A DNA stretch of 63,946 bases, counting the filler, from Octopus bimaculoides (Eukaryota): the NCBI RefSeq assembly GCF_001194135.2. It is 5 parts of 5 records of this genome, joined end to end, with 100 filler letters (N's around TTAATTAATTAA, not from the genome) between each part and the next. Parts side by side here need not be neighbours in the genome. Positions count along the whole stretch, not along the records: positions 1 to 30,317 come from NC_068981.1; 4 more parts are not named here. One strand, written 5' to 3'. A program made the position numbers and the translations under genes. A model generated the notes under the pieces. That model made no database searches, was not told the DNA's origin, and was given only the letters and a program-made list of their open reading frames with translations. Shown here piece after piece: positions 13,590 through 26,127 of the stretch (position 1 is its first letter; each line of letters begins with the position of its first letter).

Positions 13590-15475
13590 TATATATATAT
13601 ATTATAAATAGTCAATGTCTGTGTGTTCGGGTGTTCGTTTGTTACTTATAGACTCGAAAACTACTGCACCGATCCTAATGAAATTCGGAATACAAAATCT
13701 AAGCCTAGGGAGAAGGGTAATGTTGTGTGTTTCATACAATTTTGAGAGGGCATAAAGAGGGGGCGGGGAGTCAGAACTCCCCGTGAAAATTCATACGCTT
13801 CAGATTTTGACGAAATTTGAACCATAGGTATTAGAAATAAATAAAAAAAGACACCCAACATTTCCATTTCTTTGTATGATTCTAAACCCCCCTAATGGGG
13901 GCTTAACCCCCAAATTTTAGCCATTTTTCATGGACCAAAATTACTGAATAGACCCTTATGATATTTGGAACTTAGATTCAATGCACAAGGGCGGTAATAA
14001 TGCAATATATTTGGTTTGAATTTGAGTGAAGCTATAGGGAGTAGAACCCCGCCATGAAAATTCATGAATTTTCGATGTTGATGAAATTTCAACCATAGGT
14101 AATTGACACAAATCAAAAAGTATTCCCAAAGTTTCCGCCTCTCATGAGGATTCTATGACCCCCTAATGGGGGCCTTAACTCCTAAATTTTAGTCATTTTC
14201 TATAATCCAAAACAAAGTCAAAAGTACTGAATGGATCGTTATGAAATTTGGAAATTATATTCTATGCATAAGGGCGGATGTAATGCAGTAAATGTTTGAA
14301 AGTGATGGGGCATAAATCAGGTCATAACCCCCATGAAAATTCATACATTTTTGCTGCTGATGAAATTTTAACTATAGATATTAGACAAAAATGAAGTAAT
14401 ATTCTTAAAATTTCAACCTCTTAGGGGGTTAGTAAGGCCCCTTAACCCCCACAATTTAGTCATTTTTCCTAAGCTAAGAAGAATACAATTGTAGTCTAGG
14501 AAGCTGTAGAGTCACCCGAGGATACAAGATGAGTGTTATTTGTAATTCAATTGTACAACGGTGTAAGAGTATACTTAGACTGTGATTTCTGCAATGTGGT
14601 GCATGAATTGTTGAGTAAAGGAGAGGCATCTTTGCCTCCACTGATTTAGTTGCAAAGTGTTATTTTGAGTCAAGTTATTTGGTTGCAGACCTCCTTTGAG
14701 TCTTTTTATTATCACTGGGTCAGAGATAGTGCCCAGATGGTAACATTGATTTTAAAGCCTTTCCAGATAAGTGATTGGTAATTCAAAGAGATTTATAGAT
14801 TGCAAATTTATTCTGTTCAGTTACCTATCAGCATGGTGATCATTGGCAAACTCTAGAGGTGACACTTTCATTTCCAATTAGCCTTCACATCACACAGTTG
14901 TTAATGTTTATTTGAGTTGGGCCACACCCCTCCAGGCTGTGCCAGTCACCTGTATGGTGAGTAATCCTACATTGGGGAGTAGTAACGACTAGGGTGGGGT
15001 GGCTGACAGCTTATTCTGATTATTCGTCTTTTGGTTTCCTCTAGCTTTGCTCTCTTTTACAAACCCAGTGAACATTCATATATTTCTGATTTTAAAGAAA
15101 TTTGAACAATGGATATGAGACACAAGTTAAAAAAGAGTCCCAACAATTCAATTTCTCTGGTTAAGTTTAAGACCTCCCTAATAGGGGCCTTAACTTTCGC
15201 ATTTTAGAGCTCCATATGCTCCATGTGCTCCATTTTTCAGGAACAAAAACCTTTGAATTGTTTTTGCAAGATTTGGATTTTGGAATCTAGGCATATGTCA
15301 TGATTAGAATTTTTGTTAGGGTGTGTAAAGAGAGAAAGAACCCTTATTAAAATTCTTAATCTCCAATTTGGATGAAATTCGAATCATAAATATCCCTGTT
15401 CATTAGAGAAAATATAAAAGAAAAGTCTACTTCTTCAGTTCCATGTGACACGGGTAACGCCGAGTATTTCTGTTA

Positions 15476-15476
<1 letters not shown>
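13590..15476 (+). mobile_element. Non-autonomous Helitron-like element with three internal ~275-bp tandem units and a ~670-bp insertion
   Basis: Head gtcaatgtctgtgtgttcggg. 3' end cacgggtaacgccgagtatttctgttagt (degenerate CTAG-T). The motif catgaaaattcat recurs at about 13783, 14054 and 14333. Confidence 0.6.
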
Positions 15477-15520
<44 letters not shown>

Positions 15521-15522
<2 letters not shown>

Positions 15523-16831
15523 GGGTGCGTAAGATATTTGAGGACAGGTTTATGTTTATGAAAAAAAAATCAAATATATAATAACAGATAATAACTTTAG
15601 AAATAATACATTTCTAAATCTCTCAGAGAGATTTATGCAGTAGTGATACGATGAAGTAGTTGTTTGCTGTCAACTTAATGTGACAATCCCCTGAAGGGAA
15701 TAATACTACTGTTGGTTAGTCTTAGGAAGCTGCACCGATAATAACTTTATCAAAAAATGTTATGAGGATAAAAATAAGCATTCTTTTCTATAATGTTATT
15801 TAATAAAGCCACCTTCAGCTTCAACAACTGCTTCTAGATGAGATTTAAATCATCAACATGCTCGAATCAAGTGGTTCTGGTTCATTTTGGACATTACTCT
15901 GTCTATGGCAGCTTTCAAAGAATCTTTGGTGTTATGGTCGTGTCCATTGAACTCTCTCTGAACAATGCTCCACGTGTAATAGTCCAATGGATTGAGATCT
16001 GGGGAATTAGGAGGCCAAATGTTAGGGGTTATGTGATCATGAAAATTTTCAGTCATCCATTCCCGTGTTACTAGAGCCATGTCTAATAGTGAAGAGTCTT
16101 ACTGAATCACATATGGCCTTCCATTGCATACACATTCTATCCAGGACTTAGTAATTATTTCCAGGACTTCAATGTAGGCGGCAGAGTTAACTCTAAGGCC
16201 TTGTGGAAAGAAGTAAGGAGGCATTACGTGTCCTTCATTGCTGACAACCCCTAAAACCATGGCATTTGCAGGAACTTTAGAAGGGTCTGCACATAACCAT
16301 CTGTCATTTCAGTTTGTTTAAGAGCCTTTTTGATCTGATGTAGTGATTTTCTTTTGGTTTTTTTTTTTCTGACAAATTGACTTTTCCTCATCATATAAGG
16401 CATATTTGATGTCTTCGTGGACAACATTTCTGATTGTTTCTTCTGACACATGGAGATCTCTTGCAATTGACCTCATGGACTTTCTGGGATTGTAATCAAT
16501 AGTCTGTTGAACTTGCTGGATAAATGTAGGTGTTCTGATTATTTCAGAGCGCTTAGAATGCTTTTTATGCTTTGATACTGGTGATACGTCTCTATCTTCA
16601 GTCTCTAGCTCTTTACAAACTTTGTAGACGAAAGATCTGGCAATTTTTAAAAATCGAGATATTTCTAAATCGCTATACTCAGCCTTTATAACTACAATAA
16701 TAGCATGCCTCTTCATTTCTTGAGTAAGCTGAGGGTCTGGCATTATTTTCTGAAACAAAGATTATACAGAGTTAGCAAAAAATGCAGCAATGACCTCAAA
16801 AGGTATGTCCTCAAATACCTTACGCACACTG
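15521..16831 (-). mobile_element. Near full-length degenerate maT (DD37D-like) Tc1/mariner transposon
   Basis: 26-bp TIRs (cagggtgcgtaagatatttgaggaca / tgtcctcaaataccttacgcacactg) inside (TA)n. Transposase fragments include WPPNSPDLNPLDY and NDRWLCAD. Multiple frameshifts. Confidence 0.92.
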
Positions 16832-17415
16832 TATATATATATATATATATATATATNNNNNNNNNNNNNNNNNNNNNNNNNNNNNNNNNNNNNNNNNNNN
16901 NNNNNNNNNNNNNNNNNNNNNNNNNNNNNNNNNNNNNNNNNNNNNNNNNNNNNNNNNNNNNNNNNNNNNNNNNNNNNNNNNNNNNNNNNNNNNNNNNNNN
17001 NNNNNNNNNNNNNNNNNNNNNNNNNNNNNNNNNNNNNNNNNNNNNNNNNNNNNNNNNNNNNNNNNNNNNNNNNNNNNNNNNNNNNNNNNNNNNNNNNNNN
17101 NNNNNNNNNNNNNNNNNNNNNNNNNNNNNNNNNNNNNNNNNNNNNNNNNNNNNNNNNNNNNNNNNNNNNNNNNNNNNNNNNNNNNNNNNNNNNNNNNNNN
17201 NNNNNNNNNNNNNNNNNNNNNNNNNNNNNNNNNNNNNNNNNNNNNNNNNNNNNNNNNNNNNNNNNNNNNNNNNNNNTATATATATATATATATATACACA
17301 TACAAATGCACACACACACACACTCACACAATATATATATAAATACATATGTATCTATTCTTATGTATATATATATATGTGTGTGTGTGTATACATATAT
17401 GTATATACACACACA

Positions 17416-17477
<62 letters not shown>

Positions 17478-17539
17478 CGCGTACACACACACACTCACGT
17501 GTAAAACCGTTCGAAACTCATACCTTTGACACACACATC

Positions 17540-18049
17540 TTTTAAACCGTTCACGTCCCTCTAGCCTTTTTTCTTGTTTCGTACTTGCAATTGCTCACAT
17601 CTCTCACGTCCCCACTTTTCTCATGCACATTTTACCATTACACACATGCACAAACAACTAAGGTCCACACTAACCTTCTCATTATTCTTCTGCACAAGCA
17701 TACTTTCGTATGTGTACACTCTCCCCAAAAGATCACATACACCTCACCCCCGTATGCCCTACTCCGAACGCGGATATACTCTAATACTTGCGCATCCACA
17801 CACATCCTTCGTCCTGTCTTAACTTTCTACAAATAGCGGCATACTCACCTAGATCTTACCCACGTCATGTTTTTTTTTTCTCTATGCATTCCACCTATGC
17901 ATTTCTCATTCTTCTGACAAAAGGACTAGCGCCCGAAACGTTAAGACTCATTCCCTTCCCATCAAAGCGTTAGGATAATATCATATTTGTTCAACTGTTC
18001 CCCTCCCGTGTTGTTTTTGTATTTCTTTTTCATTCATTGCATATACAAT
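17540..18049 (+). mobile_element. Possible Penelope-like element tail
   Basis: Contains ctgacaaaaggactagcgcccgaaacgttaagact, resembling the CTGA...CCGAAACG tail of Penelope-like elements. No ORF support. Confidence 0.3.
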
Positions 18050-18104
18050 ANNNNNNNNNNCATACATACATACATACATACATACATACATACATACATG
18101 CATA

Positions 18105-19028
18105 TCTATACTACATTGAAAGTCAGCTTGAATCTTGCTTGCTTGCAATGTTATCCAGCCAAAGTGGCGTAGAATAGGAAAATACTATGAATTAAATTTA
18201 CCCTGAAATGTTAATACAAACGAAATCAAACAAGTTTCGCGTAAATCGGACAAGTGGTTCTTGAGATATTAGAGGTTTTGGGGGTGTATAAATACCAAAA
18301 ACGGTGCATAATGGGAAAATATTCCGAAGATAATCTTAATCCTGAAAGGGAAGAAACTCTAATCTTTCGATTAGACACAGTGACTTGACAACGAAAAAAT
18401 ACGATTTTTTTTTACAGTAAATGTTTCTATTTTCACTTTTGCTAAATACAATATTTTTATCATTTAGAAATATTTTAAAGTGAATGTGATTTGAAAAATA
18501 TTAGTTGTTTGTACAGTAAGTATTTATATTTTATCGTTCTTTAAACAGACAATATTTTAAATTATCTAAATTATTTTCAAGTGAATACCATTGCAAAAAT
18601 TTTTCTTGGAATATTTAAAAAATATTTCAAAGGGAAAATGACTTTAAAATACGGTAAATATTTCGTAAATGACGCGTTGTTAACCTCAGTGTGAAATAGT
18701 TTTTGTTCCATAGGTTTGTTTTCGAGTGCATTCAACGTAACTCACCTCCAAAGATTTGATTGCTATTCCTAGCACGCCCTGCTACCACGTAAATGTTATT
18801 TGCGATAAAGGACCCGAAATACCTGTTACGCGGTAGGAGGGCGTGCACAAAATAGCAGCTAAATCTTTCCTTTTCTGGGGAAATTAAACGTTTACGCGTG
18901 ATTTCGATGTCACATTCGTTGAAAGCATGCGAAATAACCTGGAAAAGAAAAAAAAACCGATGAAACAAAACTCCGTTACTGGGAAAGTCAGAGATTCCAG
19001 GTGACTCAACGGGTCACGGATAGTCTAG
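18105..19028 (+). mobile_element. Complete non-autonomous Helitron
   Basis: A|TC 5' end (TCTATACTAC), 3' CTAG|T, subterminal hairpin gtgac-tcaacgg-gtcac (19001-19017), no TSD. All canonical Helitron hallmarks. Confidence 0.75.
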
Positions 19029-19063
19029 TATACATATATATGTATACATATATATATATATGT

Positions 19064-19115
<52 letters not shown>

Positions 19116-19829
19116 GTATACATACATACATACATATATAATACATACATAATACGTATATATATATATATANNNNNNNNNNNNNNNNNNNNNNNNNNNN
19201 NNNNNNNNNNNNNNNNNNNNNNNNNNNNNNNNNNNNNNNNNNNNNNNNNNNNNNNNNNNNNNNNNNNNNNNNNNNNNNNNNNNNNNNNNNNNNNNNNNNN
19301 NNNNNNNNNNNNNNNNNNNNNNNNNNNNNNNNNNNNNNNNNNNNNNNNNNNNNNNNNNNNNNNNNNNNNNNNNNNNNNNNNNNNNNNNNNNNNNNNNNNN
19401 NNNNNNNNNNNNNNNNNNNNNNNNNNNNNNNNNNNNNNNNNNNNNNNNNNNNNNNNNNNNNNNNNNNNNNNNNNNNNNNNNNNNNNNNNNNNNNNNNNNN
19501 NNNNNNNNNNNNNNNNNNNNNNNNNNNNNNNNNNNNNNNNNNNNNNNNNNNNNNNNNNNNNNNNNNNNNNNNNNNNNNNNNNNNNNNNNNNNNNNNNNNN
19601 NNNNNNNNNNNNNNNNNNNNNNNNNNNNNNNNNNTATATATATATATATATATATGTATGCATATATATTTAATATTTTGGACTAATGGGTATATGTTGA
19701 TTAATGTATTGAAGTGTTGAGTAGAGCTCTGGCACAGTTTGGGCTACCTGGTGTCATCCGCAGTCGGGGTATATTTCCATTGGATCTACTTCAGGAACTC
19801 CGCGGTGTTAGTTGAGGTAATGAAAATTT

Positions 19830-20118
19830 ATTAGGTAACGAGAAGATGGATTTGCCATTAATCTTTATTTTGTACAGCGGTCGTTTCGACCCATCCTGCT
19901 ACTGTGCCTTATGGGTGGGACTCCGTTCAACATGTTGTGTTTCCTCCAAAGACACAACTTTATGTATGAATGTAACTGATGAGTCCTAGACTGCAAAATG
20001 GATGCAACACAACATGTTGAACGTAGTGCCACCCATAAAGGAGAGTAGAAGGATGGGTTGGAACGACCGTTGTATAAATTAAAGCTTAATACCAAATCCA
20101 TCTTCCGGTTACTTAATA
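19830..20118. mobile_element. Palindromic MITE/foldback (arms about 115 bp)
   Basis: aagatggatttg...cagcggtcgtttcgacccatcct...ttcaacatgttgtgtt pairs with aacacaacatgttgaac...aggatgggttggaacgaccgttg...caaatccatctt. Confidence 0.8.
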
Positions 20119-20139
20119 AATTATCATTATATACATCTA

Positions 20140-20340
20140 AGACCCCCTTCGGTCCTGGCAGACCATGGGATTGCACCTAGAAAGTTACCCTCCCAGGCAC
20201 AAGTCCGGGCATGGTTGTTTATGGAAGACCAGCAGTTGCCCATGCATACCGGCCTCCCCTCTTCACGCCACCAGTGTTATCCAATGGAAAGGCAAAGGTC
20301 GATACAGCTTGGCATCTGTGACGTCGCAACTCATTTCTAC
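20140..20340 (+). mobile_element. SINE/LINE-tail repeat shared with 35890-36200
   Basis: Both copies share catgggattgcacct...accagcagttgcccatgc...cacgccaccagtgttatccaa...gatacagcttggc. Confidence 0.6.
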
Positions 20341-20384
20341 ATATATATATATGCATGTATATATATATTGGGTCTATATATTAT

Positions 20385-20612
20385 TTCTTTACTACCCACA
20401 AGGGGCTACACACAGAGGGGACAAACAAAGAAAGACAGACGGATTAAGTAGATTATATCGACCCCAGTGCGTAACTGGTACTTATTTAATCGACCCCGAA
20501 AGGATGAAAGGCAAAGTCGACCTCGGCGGAATTTGAACTCAGAACGTAGCGGCAGACGAAATACCGTTAAGCATTTCGCCCGGCGTGCTAACGTTTCTGC
20601 CAGCTCGCCGCC
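20385..20612 (-). mobile_element. SINE family B (also 31250-31450, 36405-36830 as two copies, 44765-44951, 45405-45570, 46040-46245, 50540-50756, 53220-53400, 60327-60540)
   Basis: Recurring consensus ggcggcgagctggcagaaacgttagcacgccgggcgaaatgcttag...gttctgagttcaaattccgccgaggtcgactttgcctttcatcc with a Pol III B-box. Confidence 0.88.
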
Positions 20613-20644
20613 TTTTTTGGGTCTACGTATGTATATGTATATGT

Positions 20645-21407
20645 ATACTGGGTATATATCTAGTTTTTTTCAATTGTATGAGATAAAAGTCAGAAGGGAT
20701 GGGATAAACTACGTGCATCAACTTGTTATAAAAACACCTAGTAATTTTACTTTGTGCTTATTCTTAGTGCAAGTTTGGAAGAGTGCAGTTATTTTTTCAA
20801 AGCTATAATGGAAGTGACAAAAAAGATATTCGGCATATTTTGCTTTATGAGTTCAATAAAGGCAACAACACAACGGAAAGTGCGAGAAATATTAATGCAG
20901 TATATGGGGATCGGACAATTAGCGTAAGCCAGCGTCAACGGTGGTTCCAGAAATGCGAGCCGGAAATTGCAGCCTAGAAGACGAGCCTCATCCTAGAAGA
21001 TCTGTAGGGCTCGACGGACGAGGATGTTCTGCAAACCTTGGTGGAGCAAAATCTCATCGTAACTGTTGAAGAACTAGCAGAGAAGCTTGGATTTGGTCNN
21101 NNNNNNNNGATGCCCCACCACATATTCTCCGGACATTGCTCCATCAAATTATCATTTATTCCGGAGCCTTTAAAATTATGTGGACGGAAAAAATATGAAT
21201 TCTGTAGACGAGGTCAGAACAGTACTGGACAAGTGCCCGGATAAGTGAATTTTGGAAGAGGGGCCTTGCAAGTCTACCAGATAGATGGAAGAGCATTGTA
21301 GAAAATGAAGCAGAGTATACTTTAGATTAAAAAAGAACTTTGTTTATATTAATTTTGAAAAATAAAAGAAGTATAAAAAACCGCATAATTTATGGGATGA
21401 CCCAATA
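20645..21407 (+). mobile_element. Internally deleted mariner transposon
   Basis: Transposase fragments DIRHILLYEFNKGNN...ARNINAVYGDRTIS, VTVEELAEKLG and LPDRWKSIVENEAEY. Right TIR aaaccgcataatttatgggatgacccaa-TA. Confidence 0.85.
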
Positions 21408-22483
21408 TATACTTGATGGATTCTGCCGTTGAAGGCGACGTATGCGTGGCCAGCTTCTGCAAAATGACTTGCACAAATGATTTGTTTTTATAGTGACGAA
21501 ATATATGTGCTGTACATTAGCTCAGTCTCTTCATCAAATTGACGTTACCTGGACAGGTGCTCAGTGTACTGCACGTTAGGTGTTGGAGTGATCGCAGAAC
21601 AACGTGAGATGAAGTGTTTTGCTCAAGAACAATTGAAACCACGATCTTGCGGTCGTGAATACAACGCTCTAACCACTAGGCCGTGCATTTTGCTCCGGTA
21701 GTCTTTGGTGCAATCGTTCTTGCGTATAATTTTATCTTGAATTTCATGTCAATTAGCTGCATTGTTTTTAGAGTTCGGATGGTTTCTGTTATGCGATTTA
21801 GTTCGCTTGAGAAATTGATTGTTTGTGTTATGATATTTTGTAAGTGTCTTTTCCATTCCTATTGTTTCTTATCTACATAGTGTTCTGTCGTTTGCTAGAC
21901 GGCCTCACTAAGCATTAAAATATTTTAAAATTATCTGGAACCAAAGTTCTTAGCTAAATACTCCTTGCCAAGTAATCGGATATCTTCATTATTCATCCAT
22001 TTGCAGTATTTTCACCTCGCTATTTATCTCTCTATTTGATTCACTTTACTTATCGGTCTCATTTGTTCAGCATAATGCTTAAAAACCTAAACTCATTTTC
22101 CTTGAATAGCTCCAGAGCGTAAACCGGTTGAAATTTAATGTAAAAGTATTTAATATATCCAAATGAAATACATCTGTTATTTATCTTCTAATTTATCTAA
22201 AAGGGTTACGGCTATTGTTCTGTGTATGTATGTATGTATGTATGTATGTATGTATGTATGTATACACACGCACACGCACACGTACACACACACTTAAGTC
22301 ACAATACATGGATTCAAGTAATTCGGCAGTATTCATAAAAAACTTCCTTAATGTATCATTCAACAAAACATATAGCATATAGTGTATATAGCACGATGCA
22401 AAAGAAAACGATTCGGACTGAATAAAATTATAAATGACAGAAAAATAGTATGATGAAAATTTATTTAACTATAAGAAAATTCA

Positions 22484-22738
22484 AATATCACGACAAATTG
22501 TTTCGTAACTCATATCATGTAAAGATAAATCATTTAATAGTAAATAAATTACTTACATGTCAGCATTAATGCAAAATGCAAATCTTTCATCTGAGGACGT
22601 AGCTTAATTTCTGCCATGTTTTGAAAGATTTTTTGCATTTTGTTTTAATGCAGGCATGTAAGTAATTTATTTATTATCAAATACAATAATGTAAATTATC
22701 TTTACATGATTTAAGTTACGAAACATTGTCGTGATATT
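22484..22738. mobile_element. AT-rich palindromic MITE
   Basis: aatatcacgacaaattgtttcgtaact...catgtaaagataa pairs with ttatctttacatg...agttacgaaacattgtcgtgatatt. Abuts a gap. Confidence 0.75.
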
Positions 22739-23691
22739 NNNNNNNNNNNNNNNNNNNNNNNNNNNNNNNNNNNNNNNNNNNNNNNNNNNNNNNNNNNNNN
22801 NNNNNNNNNNNNNNNNNNNNNNNNNNNNNNNNNNNNNNNNNNNNNNNNNNNNNNNNNNNNNNNNNNNNNNNNNNNNNNNNNNNNNNNNNNNNNNNNNNNN
22901 NNNNNNNNNNNNNNNNNNNNNNNNNNNNNNNNNNNNNNNNNNNNNNNNNNNNNNNNNNNNNNNNNNNNNNNNNNNNNNNNNNNNNNNNNNNNNNNNNNNN
23001 NNNNNNNNNNNNNNNNNNNNNNNNNNNNNNNNNNNNNNNNNNNNNNNNNNNNNNNNNNNNNNNNNNNNNNNNNNNNNNNNNNNNNNNNNNNNNNNNNNNN
23101 NNNNNNNNNNNNNNNNNNNNNNNNNNNNNNNNNNNNNNNNNNNNNNNNNNNNNNNNNNNNNNNNNNNNNNNNNNNNNNNNNNNNNNNNNNNNNNNNNNNN
23201 NNNNNNNNNNNNNNNNNNNNNNNNNNNNNNNNNNNNNNNNNNNNNNNNNNNNNNNNNNNNNNNNNNNNNNNNNNNNNNNNNNNNNNNNNNNNNNNNNNNN
23301 NNNNNNNNNNNNNNNNNNNNNNNNNNNNNNNNNNNNNNNNNNNNNNNNNNNNNNNNNNNNNNNNNNNNNNNNNNNNNNNNNNNNNNNNNNNNNNNNNNNN
23401 NNNNNNNNNNNNNNNNNNNNNNNNNNNNNNNNNNNNNNNNNNNNNNNNNNNNNNNNNNNNNNNNNNNNNNNNNNNNNNNNNNNNNNNNNNNNNNNNNNNN
23501 NNNNNNNNNNNNNNNNNNNNNNNNNNNNNNNNNNNNNNNNNNNNNNNNNNNNNNNNNNNNNNNNNNNNNNNNNNNNNNNNNNNNNNNNNNNNNNNNNNNN
23601 NNNNNNNNNNNNNNNNNNNNNNNNNNNNNNNNNNNNNNNNNNNNNNNNNNNNNNNNNNNNNNNNNNNNNNNNNNNNNNNNNNNNNNNNNNN

Positions 23692-23731
<40 letters not shown>

Positions 23732-25223
23732 CAATTCCTTCAAGAATCAATAAAGAGCCGTGATGTAAGGTGTTGAGTCCAGTTGTTTTTTACTTGTATG
23801 TTAACATATTGTATTATGTCACTAAGCTTTTTATGTTTTCTATATTTTTATTCCTTCCGCTTTATGAGTACAACACCATATTAATAGACACATCTCAGAT
23901 GTATACTTTTAACTTAACTTTTATTTTATATGTTTTTTTTTCTCTTCCTCTCTCTGATATAGTATATATACATATCCTGTCCTAATGTACACGTTTTTAA
24001 TATAATACATGTAAATTTATAACTTCATCATACCGGATATATTTACCCATTATATGTTATATCATAATGTACGTTTATATATCGTAATGTTTTAACTTAA
24101 ATTGTCATGTTCTTATACAACTTGGAAATTATGCATGTTTATAAATATTTTTAAATAAATATTTTGAACATTCATGATATTTCTAAAGTTTATATCGTTG
24201 TATTTGCCTGTTTTTTTACCGTACCTTTTAGACACTTTAGAGACTGAAAACTATANNNNNNNNNNNNNNNNNNNNNNNNNNNNNNNNNNNNNNNNNNNNN
24301 NNNNNNNNNNNNNNNNNNNNNNNNNNNNNNNNNNNNNNNNNNNNNNNNNNNNNNNNNNNNNNNNNNNNNNNNNTGTGGTGTGTGTATGTGTATATTCGCC
24401 ATGATAGATCGCTAGCCACTAAACCGTTTTCTATTTTCTCGCCCAGTTTATTTCTGTGTTCCTTTCTGTCGAAGAGCATAGGCTCTAAACTTAAAAGACT
24501 TTATCACTTCCCGAGCGTTAAACTGATACATCTGCTTGTTGTTTACACACCCGTCTTCGTCTTTTGTTGTTTTTTTTTGTAAATTCTCACGATATATATA
24601 CTTTTTTACTTGTTTCAGTCATTTGACTGTGGCCATGCTGGACCACCGCCTTTAGTCGAGCAAATCGACCCCAGGACTTATTCTTTGTAAGCCTAGTACT
24701 TATTCTATCGGTCTTTTTTGCCGAACCGACATACGTACGTACGTACAAAGATACATACGTACATACATATATATATACATATATATACGACTGTCTTCTG
24801 TCAGTTTCTGTCTACCAAATCCACTCACAAGGCTTTGGTCGACCCGAGGCTGTAGTAGAAGACACTTGCCCAAGGTGCCACGCAGTGGGACTGAACCCGG
24901 AACCATGTGGTTCGTAAGCGAGCTACTTACCAGATAGCCACTCCTACGCCTATATATATATGCGTAGCTGTATGGTAAGTAGCTTGCTTACCAACGACAA
25001 GGTTCCGGGTGCAGTCCCATTGCAAGTATCTTCTACTATAGCCTCGGGCCGACCAAAGCCTTGTGAGTGGATTTGGTAGACGGAAACTGAAAGAAGCCCG
25101 TCGTGTATACATATATATATTTATGTGTGTGTATGTTTCTCTGTCGATTTGTTCGACTAAAGGCAGTGCTCCAGCATGGCCGCAGTCAAATGAAACAAAT
25201 AAAAGAATAAAAGAATATATATA

Positions 25224-26054
25224 CATGTGGTCTGATCAATAAGTATCCGGACTGTTGTCATTGTAATGAAAGTAAACCACACAGAGTGAAGCCGTTTGCT
25301 CAGATTGACCTAAAACTCTACTGTGCATGTACACTAAATCTAAACGTTCTAACTCACTTCTGCTGTTTACGGCAGTGCTTGGAAGGAAGGTGTGTAGTGT
25401 GTTATCGTCGCATTGATCATGACAGAGAAAGCTCAGCATAGAATCAGCATCGAATTTTGTCAAAATCTTGACGATACCTGCTCATCGTTCTCGACACAAT
25501 CAAAGAGATCTTGTGCAACTGAAACCCGAATGCCCTTTTGATCAGCTGAAAGCAGTTTGGGCACAAACGTGGCAGACACGCGTCTCATACCCAAATCTTC
25601 TGTGATAATGGACTGAACTGAACCGTAACTAATCTGCACATCCTTTGATAACTCACGGATGGTGATTCGATGATTTCCCCTCACAGTTGCACGCACATCT
25701 GCGATATTTTTCCCAGTTCTGCTGGTTGAGGGTCTCCAAGAACGTTCGTCAATGACGACATTTTTCAGCCATCTTGGAAACGTCTGAATCACTCGTACAC
25801 TTGTGTGCGGCTCATACACTCTTCTCCATGCATTTTCTGCAACTCTGCGTAGGCCTCTGAGCAGGCATCGCCATGACAACTTTCTCTCTCATGGTCAATG
25901 CGACGATCACATGCAACACTCTTTGCTTGCAAGCACTGCTGTAAAGTGCGCATGCACAGCAGAATTTAAGGTCAATCGTTTCCAGCGGCTTCCCTCTCCG
26001 TGCTATAGCTTCATTATTATGGCAATAGTCCGGATACTTATTGATCAAACCTCT
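25224..26054. mobile_element. Mariner-derived element made of two 5' halves in inverted orientation
   Basis: TIRs gtggtctgatcaataagtatccggact / agtccggatacttattgatcaaacctc. Minus-strand transposase N-terminal half (RPSTSRT...RRITIREL-like, EDLGMRRVSATFVPKLLS). The left arm also carries the 5' UTR and start. Confidence 0.85.
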
Positions 26055-26073
26055 TATATATACATACATATAT

Positions 26074-26127
<54 letters not shown>

